Source of the DNA: Acutalibacteraceae bacterium
Lineage (GTDB): Bacteria > Bacillota > Clostridia > Oscillospirales > Acutalibacteraceae
Length of the DNA stretch: 64,000 nt
Reading direction: 5' to 3'
Assembly (NCBI GenBank): GCA_045588555.1
Contig: JAZNEL010000013.1
Coordinates: 17,394-81,393, forward strand
Shown here: positions 1 through 10,003 of the stretch, piece after piece
Layout of the letters: every line of letters begins with the position of its first letter
Numbering within the stretch: position 1 is the first letter of the stretch
Made by a program: the position numbers and the translations under genes
Notes under the pieces: model-generated
Database searches by the model: none
Told to the model about the DNA's origin: nothing
The model's input: the letters and a program-made list of their open reading frames with translations, nothing else

Positions 1-2415
<2,415 letters not shown>

Positions 2416-2421
2416 AAAATA

Positions 2422-2464
2422 AAGCCATTGTATAAGCTTGAGAGCCTATACAGTGGCTTTTTTT
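2422..2464. terminator. Bidirectional rho-independent terminator between atpC and dus
   Basis: 13-bp stem (2422-2434 pairs with 2447-2459, one G-U), a 12-nt loop and a T-run at 2458-2464. The A-run on the other side serves the convergent gene. Confidence 0.7.
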
Positions 2465-3431
2465 ACATATTCTCCATCATTATCTTAAAGGCCAGCTCCT
2501 CTAATTGCTCGATGCTTTCGAGTGTGCCCACCTGCTGACGGTAGGCGGCGGCACCCTTGATGCCCTTGATGTACCAGGCGGCGTGCTTTCTTGCCTCACG
2601 GATACCTACTCTTTCGCCCTTGTATTCACAGATACGCTTTATATGTCTGACCATAACCCGCATCCTTTCGCTGACGGGAGGCTCGGGGAGGATGATTTCG
2701 TGCTCTAAATAGGCGGTAATCTGGCTGAACACCCAGGGTCTGCCGAGAGCACCTCTGCCCACCATAAGGTAGTCGCAGTTCGTTTCCTCTATCATCTGTG
2801 CCGCAGAGAGACCGTCGGTGATGTCACCGTTGGCGATGAGGGGAATGTCGATGCTTCTTTTCACCTCGGCTATCATTTTTCTGTCCACGGGGGGAGCGTA
2901 CATCTGCTGTCTTGTTCTGCCGTGGAGAGTGACGGCGGACATACCGGCTCTCTGTGCTCTCTGTGCCATTTCGATGCAGTTTATGCTGTCTGCATCCCAT
3001 CCGAGACGGATTTTTACCGTAACGGGGATGTCTACGGCCTCTTTGACCGCTCTCATTATTTCCTCGGCAAGGTCGGGATTTTTGAGCAGTGCACTTCCGC
3101 CTCCGTTGCCTGCGATTTTAGGAGCGGGACAGCCCATATTGATGTCGATTACCTCGGGGCCGTAGTCGAGACAGCTTATGGCACTTTGAGCCATAATTTC
3201 GGGGTCACTGCCGAAAATCTGTGCCGCGGCGGGACGCTCCTTTTCAGAGAGGGAGAGGAGCTTTTTGCTTTTTCTGTCGCACATGGTAAGACCCTTACTG
3301 CTGACCATTTCGCTGACCACATAGGTGGCACCGTATTCCACGCACAGCTCTCTGAAGGCCTTGTCAGCCACACCGGCCATCGGTGCCAGAGCGGCAGAGC
3401 GGGAGTTTATTTCTATGTTACCTAATTTCAT
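2463..3431 (-). CDS. dus: tRNA-dihydrouridine synthase (DusB-like)
   Basis: 'LAPMAGVAD..FR' N-terminus, 'DINMGCP' with the catalytic Cys, 'VTVKIRLGWD', 'LHGRTR' and a C-terminal helical domain. 322 aa. Confidence 0.9.
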   Translation of the reverse strand: MKLGNIEINSRSAALAPMAGVADKAFRELCVEYGATYVVSEMVSSKGLTMCDRKSKKLLSLSEKERPAAAQIFGSDPEIMAQSAISCLDYGPEVIDINMGCPAPKIAGNGGGSALLKNPDLAEEIMRAVKEAVDIPVTVKIRLGWDADSINCIEMAQRAQRAGMSAVTLHGRTRQQMYAPPVDRKMIAEVKRSIDIPLIANGDITDGLSAAQMIEETNCDYLMVGRGALGRPWVFSQITAYLEHEIILPEPPVSERMRVMVRHIKRICEYKGERVGIREARKHAAWYIKGIKGAAAYRQQVGTLESIEQLEELAFKIMMENM

Positions 3432-3508
3432 TTATCATCTTCCTTTGTTAAGCTTTCTGTATCATACCATAAAAAAACAAAAAAAGCACTATCTTTTTTG
3501 AAAAATCC

Positions 3509-3557
3509 TTGACAAGACAGAAGGGGAATTATATAATCATATCTGAACAGATGTTCA
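3509..3557 (+). promoter_or_regulatory. Sigma-A type promoter plus ArsR/SmtB-type operator for the metal-efflux operon
   Basis: TTGACA (3509-3514), a 17-nt spacer and TATAAT (3532-3537). A perfect inverted repeat TGAACA-GA-TGTTCA (3544-3557) follows immediately, resembling the core of SmtB/CzrA 12-2-12 operators. Confidence 0.6.
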
Positions 3558-3583
3558 AATGATAAAACGAAAAGGTGAATTGA

Positions 3584-3925
3584 ATGGATAAGGAATATCT
3601 CATAATAGAAAAAGAGGACGCGGCGAGACTCACCGAGGGTCAGCCGGACGAGGATGTACTTTTCGATTTGGCGGAGCTTTTTAAAATATTCGGCGACTCA
3701 AACCGCATCAGAATACTTTACGCTCTTTCGGGTACGGAGCTTTGTGTCAGTGACATAGCGAAAATGCTCGGGCTTTCCGCCTCGGCTGTCAGCCATCAGC
3801 TTCGCATACTGAAATCCTCGAAGCTTGTCCGCTGTCGCAGAGAGGGGAAAATAATCTTTTATATGCTCGACGATGAGCATGTGAGAGATATTATAAATCT
3901 CGGACTCGAACACATAATCGAATGA
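3584..3925 (+). CDS. ArsR/SmtB family metal-sensing transcriptional repressor
   Basis: wHTH block 'FKIFGDSNRIRILYAL...ELCVSDIAKMLGLSASAVSHQLRILK' and a C-terminal 'DEHVRD...LEH' alpha5-like metal site. 4-nt overlap with the downstream CDF transporter. Confidence 0.9.
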   Translation: MDKEYLIIEKEDAARLTEGQPDEDVLFDLAELFKIFGDSNRIRILYALSGTELCVSDIAKMLGLSASAVSHQLRILKSSKLVRCRREGKIIFYMLDDEHVRDIINLGLEHIIE

Positions 3926-4842
3926 GGTGCTTTATGAAAACCGATAAGAAAATTTTAGTCGCTTTTTTACTTAATCTCTTTTTCTCCGTCTTTGAATTTA
4001 TCGGCGGTGCAGTTACGGGAAGTGTTGCCATCATTTCCGATGCACTTCACGATATGGGCGATGCGGCAGGCATAGGTCTCTCTTATTTCTTCGAAAGAAA
4101 AAGCCGTAAGGCTCCCGACGGAGTCTACACCTATGGCTATCTCCGTTATTCTGTTCTCGGAAGCCTGATAATAACGGCCATTCTTCTTTCGGGCTCCGTG
4201 CTCGTTATTTATAAGGCGGCAGTACGGCTGTTTAACCCCGAGCCTGTTAATTATGACGGAATGATTGTCTTCGCTCTTGTCGGCACAGCCGTGAATTTTT
4301 CTGCTGTGCTTTTCACCCGTGACGGTGACTCTCTTAACCGTAAGGCAGTAAATCTTCATATGCTTGAGGATGCTCTCGGCTGGATAGTGGTTTTAGTCGG
4401 CGCGATAATAATGAAATTTACGGATTTGGTCTTTATCGACCCGCTGATGTCTGTGGGTGTAGCTCTGTTTATTTTCGTTAATTCTGTCAAAAATCTCAAG
4501 GAGGTTCTTTCTGTTTTCCTCGAAAAGGCTCCCGACGGAGTCGGTGCGCAGGAGATAAGAGAGCATATACTTTCCGTAGAGGGCGTGACTGATGTTCACC
4601 ATATTCATCTGTGGACTATAGACGGCTTTACTAACTGTGCTACTATGCATATAGTGACTGACGGAGATTTTTCTGCCGTGAAGCAGGCCGTTCGCAGAGA
4701 GCTTTCTCATCACGGAATCACTCATTCCGTTATCGAAACGGAAAGAACGGGTGAAGGGTGTGAGGAGGCCTGCTGTGAGGTGGGCTTTAACAGAGAGTCG
4801 GGACATCATCACCATCACCATCATCACCACCATCATCATTAA
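3922..4842 (+). CDS. czcD: Cation diffusion facilitator (CzcD/ZitB-like Zn/Co/Cd efflux) with a C-terminal 12xHis tail
   Basis: Six TM segments with 'SDALHDMGDA' (TM2 HD-xxxD site) and 'HMLEDALGW' (TM5 site), plus a cytoplasmic C-terminal domain. Ends in GHHHHHHHHHHHH (nt 4804-4839). Confidence 0.9.
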   Translation: MRCFMKTDKKILVAFLLNLFFSVFEFIGGAVTGSVAIISDALHDMGDAAGIGLSYFFERKSRKAPDGVYTYGYLRYSVLGSLIITAILLSGSVLVIYKAAVRLFNPEPVNYDGMIVFALVGTAVNFSAVLFTRDGDSLNRKAVNLHMLEDALGWIVVLVGAIIMKFTDLVFIDPLMSVGVALFIFVNSVKNLKEVLSVFLEKAPDGVGAQEIREHILSVEGVTDVHHIHLWTIDGFTNCATMHIVTDGDFSAVKQAVRRELSHHGITHSVIETERTGEGCEEACCEVGFNRESGHHHHHHHHHHHH

Positions 4843-4961
4843 TTCACCGTTGCGGCCCGATTTGTGAAGCTGTGTATTGTATATTGAGAAATGCGGATTA
4901 GCTTTGCATTTTCGGAAAAAGTGTGTTATACTTTACTTATTATTAATCAAGAGGTGTTTTT

Positions 4962-7550
4962 ATGAGACTTCTCGTAATCGACGGTAACAGCATCGTAAAC
5001 CGTGCCTTTTACGGTATAAAGCTTCTTACCACTAAAGACGGACAGTTTACAAACGGTATCTACGGCTTTATGAATATACTTATCAAGCTTCGCGAGGAAT
5101 GCAAGCCTGACAGAGCGGCGGTAGCCTTTGACCTTAAGGCACCTACCTTCCGCCATAAAATGTACGGTGAGTACAAGGCAGGCAGAAAGGGTATGCCTGA
5201 CGAGCTTCGCAGTCAGATGCCTATTCTGAAGGAGCTTCTTTCCGCTCTCGGCTACACCGTAGTCGAAAAGGAGGGCTACGAGGCGGATGACATCCTCGGC
5301 ACTCTTTCCGCACAGTGCCGGGGTGATGATTTATGCTTCATCGCCACGGGTGACCGTGATTCTCTGCAGCTCGTTTCCGATAATACGAGGGTGCTTCTGG
5401 CCTCCACTAAAATGGGCAAGGCAATAACCACCGTTTACGATAAGGAAAAGCTGATGGAGGAGTACGGAGTAGAGCCGAAGGGTATGATAGAAATCAAAGC
5501 TCTTATGGGTGACTCCTCGGATAACATTCCCGGTGTGGCGGGAGTCGGTCAGAAAACAGCGGGCGACCTCATCCGTAATTACGGTAATATCGACTATATT
5601 TATGAGCACATCGATGAGCTCGACATCAAAAAAGGTGTTCACGATAAGCTTCTCGCAGGCAAGGATGCGGCTTATCTGAGCCGTGCCCTCGGTACCATCT
5701 GTCTCGAGGCCCCCGTCACTCTCGATATGGACAGCTATAAAATCGGTGAGGGAGATTTGCAGAAGGCTCTTTCACTTCTCGTTTCTCTCGAAATGTTCGG
5801 CATCATCGAAAAGCTCGGGCTTACCGGAGAGAAAATACAGGTGCTCCCCGAAAAGGAAAAAGAAAAAAGGTCCTACGGTGAGGAGCGTGACCTTCCGCTT
5901 CTTTTAGGAAGAATAAAGGATGAGGCATATTTCCTTACGGAGTTCGGTGCTGACGGTGAGCCCGAAAGACTTTACTTCTCCTTTGACGATGAGGCGAAAT
6001 ATGTCTGCAGGGACTGCTTCGATTTCGATTATTTTATCGGTGAATTTCTTTCCTCCGACAGCAGAAAGAGCACGAGTGACATTAAAGCTCTTTACAAATA
6101 TGCTCTTAAAAAGGGAATAGAAATAAAAAATGCGGTAATGGACACGGCTCTGGCGGGCTACATTCTTAACCCCTCCGCCTCCTCCTATGACCCCGAAAGA
6201 CTCTGTGAGGAGTATTCCTGTCTGTCAGATGCGGAATGTGCCGATGAAAATGAAAAGAAAAATGCGGTCGTGGCTGTCTCCTTTAAGAATCTGTGTGTAA
6301 AGCTTAACTACGAAATCGAAGAAAACGGACAGACGGAGCTTCTCCGTGACATCGAGCTTCCTCTTTCTCTCGTTTTGGCCGATATGGAAAGCACAGGCTT
6401 TCTCGTGGACAGACAGGGCATCGAGGCTTTCGGTGAAAAGCTCTCTCTTAAGGTCAGTGAGCTTACGGAAAAAATTTACGCAGAGGCGGGCTTTGAGTTC
6501 AATATCAATTCACCCAAGCAGCTCGGTGCGGCTCTTTTCGAAAAACTTGGACTTCCCTGTAAGAAAAAGACCAAAAGCGGTTATTCCACCAATGCGGATG
6601 TTCTCGAGGAGCTGGCAGGGGAGTATCCCATCGTAGCGGATGTTCTCGAGTACAGAACCCTTGCCAAGCTCAAATCCACCTACTGTGAGGGACTTTTAAA
6701 GGTTATCGATGCTGACGGCAGAATCCGCTCCACTCTTAATCAGACGGAAACGAGGACGGGCAGAATCTCCTCTACGGAGCCTAATCTGCAGAATATTCCC
6801 GTTCGCTCTGACCTCGGCAGAGAAATGAGACGCTTTTTTACCTCGGGCGAGGGCAGATGTCTGGTGGATGCCGACTATTCGCAGATCGAGCTTCGTGTTC
6901 TGGCACATCTTTCGAGTGACGGAACTATGATTGACGGCTTTAATAAGGGCGAGGATATTCACGCCATCACCGCCTCTCAGGTGTTCAATATGCCTCTGTT
7001 TATGGTTACACCTCTGATGCGAAGCCGCGCCAAGGCAGTAAATTTCGGCATCGTTTACGGTATCGGTGCCTTCTCTCTTGCCAAGGACATCGGTGTAACG
7101 AGAAAGGAAGCGGATAATTATATCAAGGGTTATCTGCACCATTACAGCGCCGTAAAGGATTATCTCGAAAGGGTAGTGGAAAAGGCGAGAGAGGACGGCT
7201 ATGTCAGCACCGTTTTCCACCGCAGAAGGTATCTTCCCGAGCTTACCGCATCGAATAAAATGCTCCAGGCCTTCGGTGAGCGTGTGGCAAAGAATATGCC
7301 CGTGCAGGGAACTGCCGCCGACATAATTAAAATCGCTATGGTAAAGGTATACCGACGGCTTCTGAAGGAAAAGCTCGATGCGAAGCTGATTATGCAGGTT
7401 CACGACGAGCTTATCGTCGAATGTGCCGAGACTGACCGACAGGCTGTGGAAATTATCCTTAAGCAGGAGATGGAAAATGCCTGCACTATGAAGGTTAAGC
7501 TTCTGGCTGATGTTCATTCGGGTAAAACCTGGTACGATGCGAAGGGCTAA
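4962..7550 (+). CDS. polA: DNA polymerase I
   Basis: 5'-nuclease N-terminus ('LLVIDGNSIVNRAFY', 'GDSSDNIPGVAGVGQKTA'). Pol motifs A 'DYSQIELRVLAH', B 'RSRAKAVNFGIVYG' and C 'QVHDEL'. 862 aa. Confidence 0.97.
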   Translation: MRLLVIDGNSIVNRAFYGIKLLTTKDGQFTNGIYGFMNILIKLREECKPDRAAVAFDLKAPTFRHKMYGEYKAGRKGMPDELRSQMPILKELLSALGYTVVEKEGYEADDILGTLSAQCRGDDLCFIATGDRDSLQLVSDNTRVLLASTKMGKAITTVYDKEKLMEEYGVEPKGMIEIKALMGDSSDNIPGVAGVGQKTAGDLIRNYGNIDYIYEHIDELDIKKGVHDKLLAGKDAAYLSRALGTICLEAPVTLDMDSYKIGEGDLQKALSLLVSLEMFGIIEKLGLTGEKIQVLPEKEKEKRSYGEERDLPLLLGRIKDEAYFLTEFGADGEPERLYFSFDDEAKYVCRDCFDFDYFIGEFLSSDSRKSTSDIKALYKYALKKGIEIKNAVMDTALAGYILNPSASSYDPERLCEEYSCLSDAECADENEKKNAVVAVSFKNLCVKLNYEIEENGQTELLRDIELPLSLVLADMESTGFLVDRQGIEAFGEKLSLKVSELTEKIYAEAGFEFNINSPKQLGAALFEKLGLPCKKKTKSGYSTNADVLEELAGEYPIVADVLEYRTLAKLKSTYCEGLLKVIDADGRIRSTLNQTETRTGRISSTEPNLQNIPVRSDLGREMRRFFTSGEGRCLVDADYSQIELRVLAHLSSDGTMIDGFNKGEDIHAITASQVFNMPLFMVTPLMRSRAKAVNFGIVYGIGAFSLAKDIGVTRKEADNYIKGYLHHYSAVKDYLERVVEKAREDGYVSTVFHRRRYLPELTASNKMLQAFGERVAKNMPVQGTAADIIKIAMVKVYRRLLKEKLDAKLIMQVHDELIVECAETDRQAVEIILKQEMENACTMKVKLLADVHSGKTWYDAKG

Positions 7551-7572
7551 AGCTTAAAAAACAGAAAAAATT

Positions 7573-7617
7573 AATCACTCCGTGCTCTGAAAGTGGAGCA
7601 TAGGGGTGATTTTTTTT
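7573..7617 (+). terminator. Rho-independent terminator after polA
   Basis: Outer stem 7573-7581 pairs with 7603-7611 (one G-U) and an inner stem pairs 7583-7587 with 7596-7600. Followed by T7 (7611-7617). Confidence 0.65.
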
Positions 7618-7849
7618 GCTTTTTTACGGAAAATATACGGTTTTTTACTCCGAAATTATTTTCTTACACTTTTAAATATTAACAAAGTGTAAACTTGACT
7701 GAATTTAAAAACGGATAAGCATTTAAGCATCTCCGAAGCGGTCAGAATCTCCTGCGCCGGTTTTTCATAAAACGCTGAAAGCCTTTATTTATAAAGGTTT
7801 TTCGGATGATAATAATTTAAAAAAAGATTTAAAAATATTGAAAAATCCA

Positions 7850-7878
7850 TTGACATTCGGAGATAATAAGATTATAAT
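7850..7878 (+). promoter_or_regulatory. Consensus sigma-A promoter of the dcw cluster (upstream of mraZ)
   Basis: TTGACA (7850-7855), exactly 17 nt of spacer, then TATAAT (7873-7878). Lies ~100 nt upstream of the mraZ start. Confidence 0.6.
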
Positions 7879-7977
7879 AAAAATACGAATTTGGGGGACA
7901 GTCCCATTTTACGATATATCAAATGGTAATTAGTGGTGAATATCTCCGAAATATTAAAGGAAAGGACGGTGCTTGAA

Positions 7978-8466
7978 ATGATGTTTATAGGAACCTTTGA
8001 ACATAACCTTGACGGAAAAAACAGAGTTATACTTCCCGTGAAATTCCGTAAGGGCCTCGGCGAAGAATTTATCTGTAAATTTCACGCCTCCAAGTACCCG
8101 TCCGTACAGCTTTATAACGCGGAGCAGTTCGAGCGCTCCCGCGAGGAGGCACTTATGAGAGCGAGAACTCCCATCGAAAAAAGAAACATTCTCGCTCAGT
8201 TCCATCTCGGTACCGACACAGCCAGCTGTGACAGTCAGGGCAGAGTAGTTCTGAATCAGATGGTAACCGAGGCGGCCGAAATCGAAAAGACCTGCATCTT
8301 TGTGGGCTTCGGTGAATATGTGGAGGTTATGAGCCCCGCCAATTACAAAAAATATCTTGCCTCTGTTACTGCGGCGAATGCTGCTGACGAGCAGGCACTC
8401 GAGGACGAGGCAGCCGTTTACCGCACTTATCAGTCCGAGGGTAAATTCCTCAATCTCGGCTTATAA
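7978..8466 (+). CDS. mraZ: Transcriptional regulator MraZ
   Basis: 'MFIGTFEHNLDGKNRVILP' and a second 'DSQGRVVL' half give the duplicated SpoVT/AbrB-like MraZ repeats. First gene of the dcw cluster. ATG 7978 is preferred over the upstream GTG 7933. Confidence 0.9.
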   Translation: MMFIGTFEHNLDGKNRVILPVKFRKGLGEEFICKFHASKYPSVQLYNAEQFERSREEALMRARTPIEKRNILAQFHLGTDTASCDSQGRVVLNQMVTEAAEIEKTCIFVGFGEYVEVMSPANYKKYLASVTAANAADEQALEDEAAVYRTYQSEGKFLNLGL

Positions 8467-8475
8467 GGAGGCGGC

Positions 8476-9417
8476 GTGATGGAATTTTCACATAAAAGCG
8501 TGCTTCTCGACGAAACACTTGAGGCTCTCGACATCAAACCGGACGGCATTTATGTGGACTGCACCTGCGGCGGAGCGGGACACAGCAGTGAAATACTGAA
8601 AAGGCTTTCCGAAAAGGGCAGACTCATCGCCATCGACCAGGACCCTGACGCCATCGAAACCATAAAGGAAAGAATCGGCGGTGACAGCCGTGTTACGGTG
8701 GTGCACGATAATTTCGCTAATTTAAAAAGCATACTTGACACTTTAGGAATAAATGAGGTTGACGGCATACTTGCCGACCTGGGAGTTTCGTCTCATCAGC
8801 TCGACACAGCGGAAAGAGGCTTCTCCTTTCATAATGAAGCTCCTCTCGATATGAGAATGTCACAGCAGGGGATGACAGCGGCAGACATCGTGGCTACCTA
8901 TTCGCAAAAGGAGCTAACGAGAATTTTCAGAGATTACGGCGAAGAGAAATTCGCCCGCAGAATAGCGGATAACATCATCGCTCACAGAGAAAGAGAAGAA
9001 ATCAGAACCACCACGGCTCTGGCAGAAATCATAAAGGAGGCCATTCCCGCCGCCACGAGAAGAACGGGCGGTCATCCGGCACGGAGAGTTTTTCAGGCTC
9101 TGCGCCTGGAGGTAAACGGTGAGCTGGAAAAAATCAGCGACACGGTAGGCGATATGTTTTCCTCACTTAAGGTGGGAGGAAGAGTAGCGATAATAACCTT
9201 CCATTCCCTCGAGGACAGAATAGTGAAAAAAGCCTTTGCTTCCTTCTGTAAGGGCTGTGAATGTCCTCCGAGCTGTCCCGTATGCGTTTGCGGGAAAACA
9301 GCGGAAGGAGCCTTACCCTTTAAAAAGGTCCTTCCTTCAGAAAGAGAAATCGAAGAAAACCAGCGCTCCAGGAGTGCTACATTGAGATGTGTGGAAAGAA
9401 TAAGAGAGAAAGAATAA
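8476..9417 (+). CDS. rsmH: 16S rRNA (cytosine1402-N4)-methyltransferase
   Basis: 'HKSVLLDE', 'YVDCTCGGAGHS', 'DGILADLGVSSHQLD' and 'ITFHSLEDRIVK' blocks. 313 aa. Confidence 0.95.
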   Translation: MMEFSHKSVLLDETLEALDIKPDGIYVDCTCGGAGHSSEILKRLSEKGRLIAIDQDPDAIETIKERIGGDSRVTVVHDNFANLKSILDTLGINEVDGILADLGVSSHQLDTAERGFSFHNEAPLDMRMSQQGMTAADIVATYSQKELTRIFRDYGEEKFARRIADNIIAHREREEIRTTTALAEIIKEAIPAATRRTGGHPARRVFQALRLEVNGELEKISDTVGDMFSSLKVGGRVAIITFHSLEDRIVKKAFASFCKGCECPPSCPVCVCGKTAEGALPFKKVLPSEREIEENQRSRSATLRCVERIREKE

Positions 9418-9442
9418 TAATCTATAATTTGGGGTGAATAAA

Positions 9443-9898
9443 ATGGCAGCTGAATATGCTTATAAGTACGACTACGGCTACAGTAATGCCGCACCGGTAC
9501 AGACACCGGAAAGAGAAGAAAGAAAGCATTCCGAACAGAAAAGAAACATAAATAAGGTACAGCAGAGCGAAAAGGCGCAGAGCAGAAAGGCTAATCTTCA
9601 GCTTATGAAGGCGGCGGCCTTCCTTTGCGTGGTTTTGGCTATGTTTGCTGTGGCCTGTAACAGCTTCATCGAAAAGGACAAGGCTAAAAGCAAGCTCGAG
9701 TCGGCCAATGAGCAGCTCGTTATCTGTCAGGCAGAGAACAAAGAGCTTAACGCGAAGCTTACCGCTCTTAAAAGCGTGGAAAACATCGACAAGTTTGCCG
9801 TGGAAAAGTTAGGCCTGGTAAAGGTAACACCCGAAAATGAAATCTATCTCGGCTCCGACAAGGGTAACAGAGTGGTTTTATCCCGTGAGTCAAACTGA
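9443..9898 (+). CDS. ftsL: FtsL/DivIC-like cell division protein
   Basis: Sits between rsmH and the PBP gene. A single TM 'AAAFLCVVLAMFAVAC' is followed by a coiled-coil-like 'KAKSKLESANEQLVICQAENKELNAKLTALK'. ATG 9443 has GGGGTG upstream and is preferred over GTG 9434. Confidence 0.6.
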   Translation: MAAEYAYKYDYGYSNAAPVQTPEREERKHSEQKRNINKVQQSEKAQSRKANLQLMKAAAFLCVVLAMFAVACNSFIEKDKAKSKLESANEQLVICQAENKELNAKLTALKSVENIDKFAVEKLGLVKVTPENEIYLGSDKGNRVVLSRESN

Positions 9899-10003
9899 TG
9901 CAAATAAAAGCCGTAAAAGCTGAATATTAATTAAAAAGGGGACTGTAAAAGTAAGATTTACTATGCAGCCCCTGTTTCGAATTATATAAAGGAGTGAAGA
10001 CGA

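Noticed and set aside
4804-4839. The 12xHis run at the end of the CDF transporter, considered as an engineered affinity tag or vector contamination.
   Set aside because: No vector, linker or protease-site sequence flanks it. Codons are mixed CAT/CAC, the native context is continuous, and His-rich tails are normal for CDF exporters.
7895-7905. The GGGACAGTCCC palindrome downstream of the dcw promoter, considered as an MraZ operator.
   Set aside because: Described MraZ boxes are arrays of short direct repeats upstream of or overlapping the promoter. Only a single palindrome is present here, so the assignment is unsupported. It is mentioned only within the intergenic-region finding.
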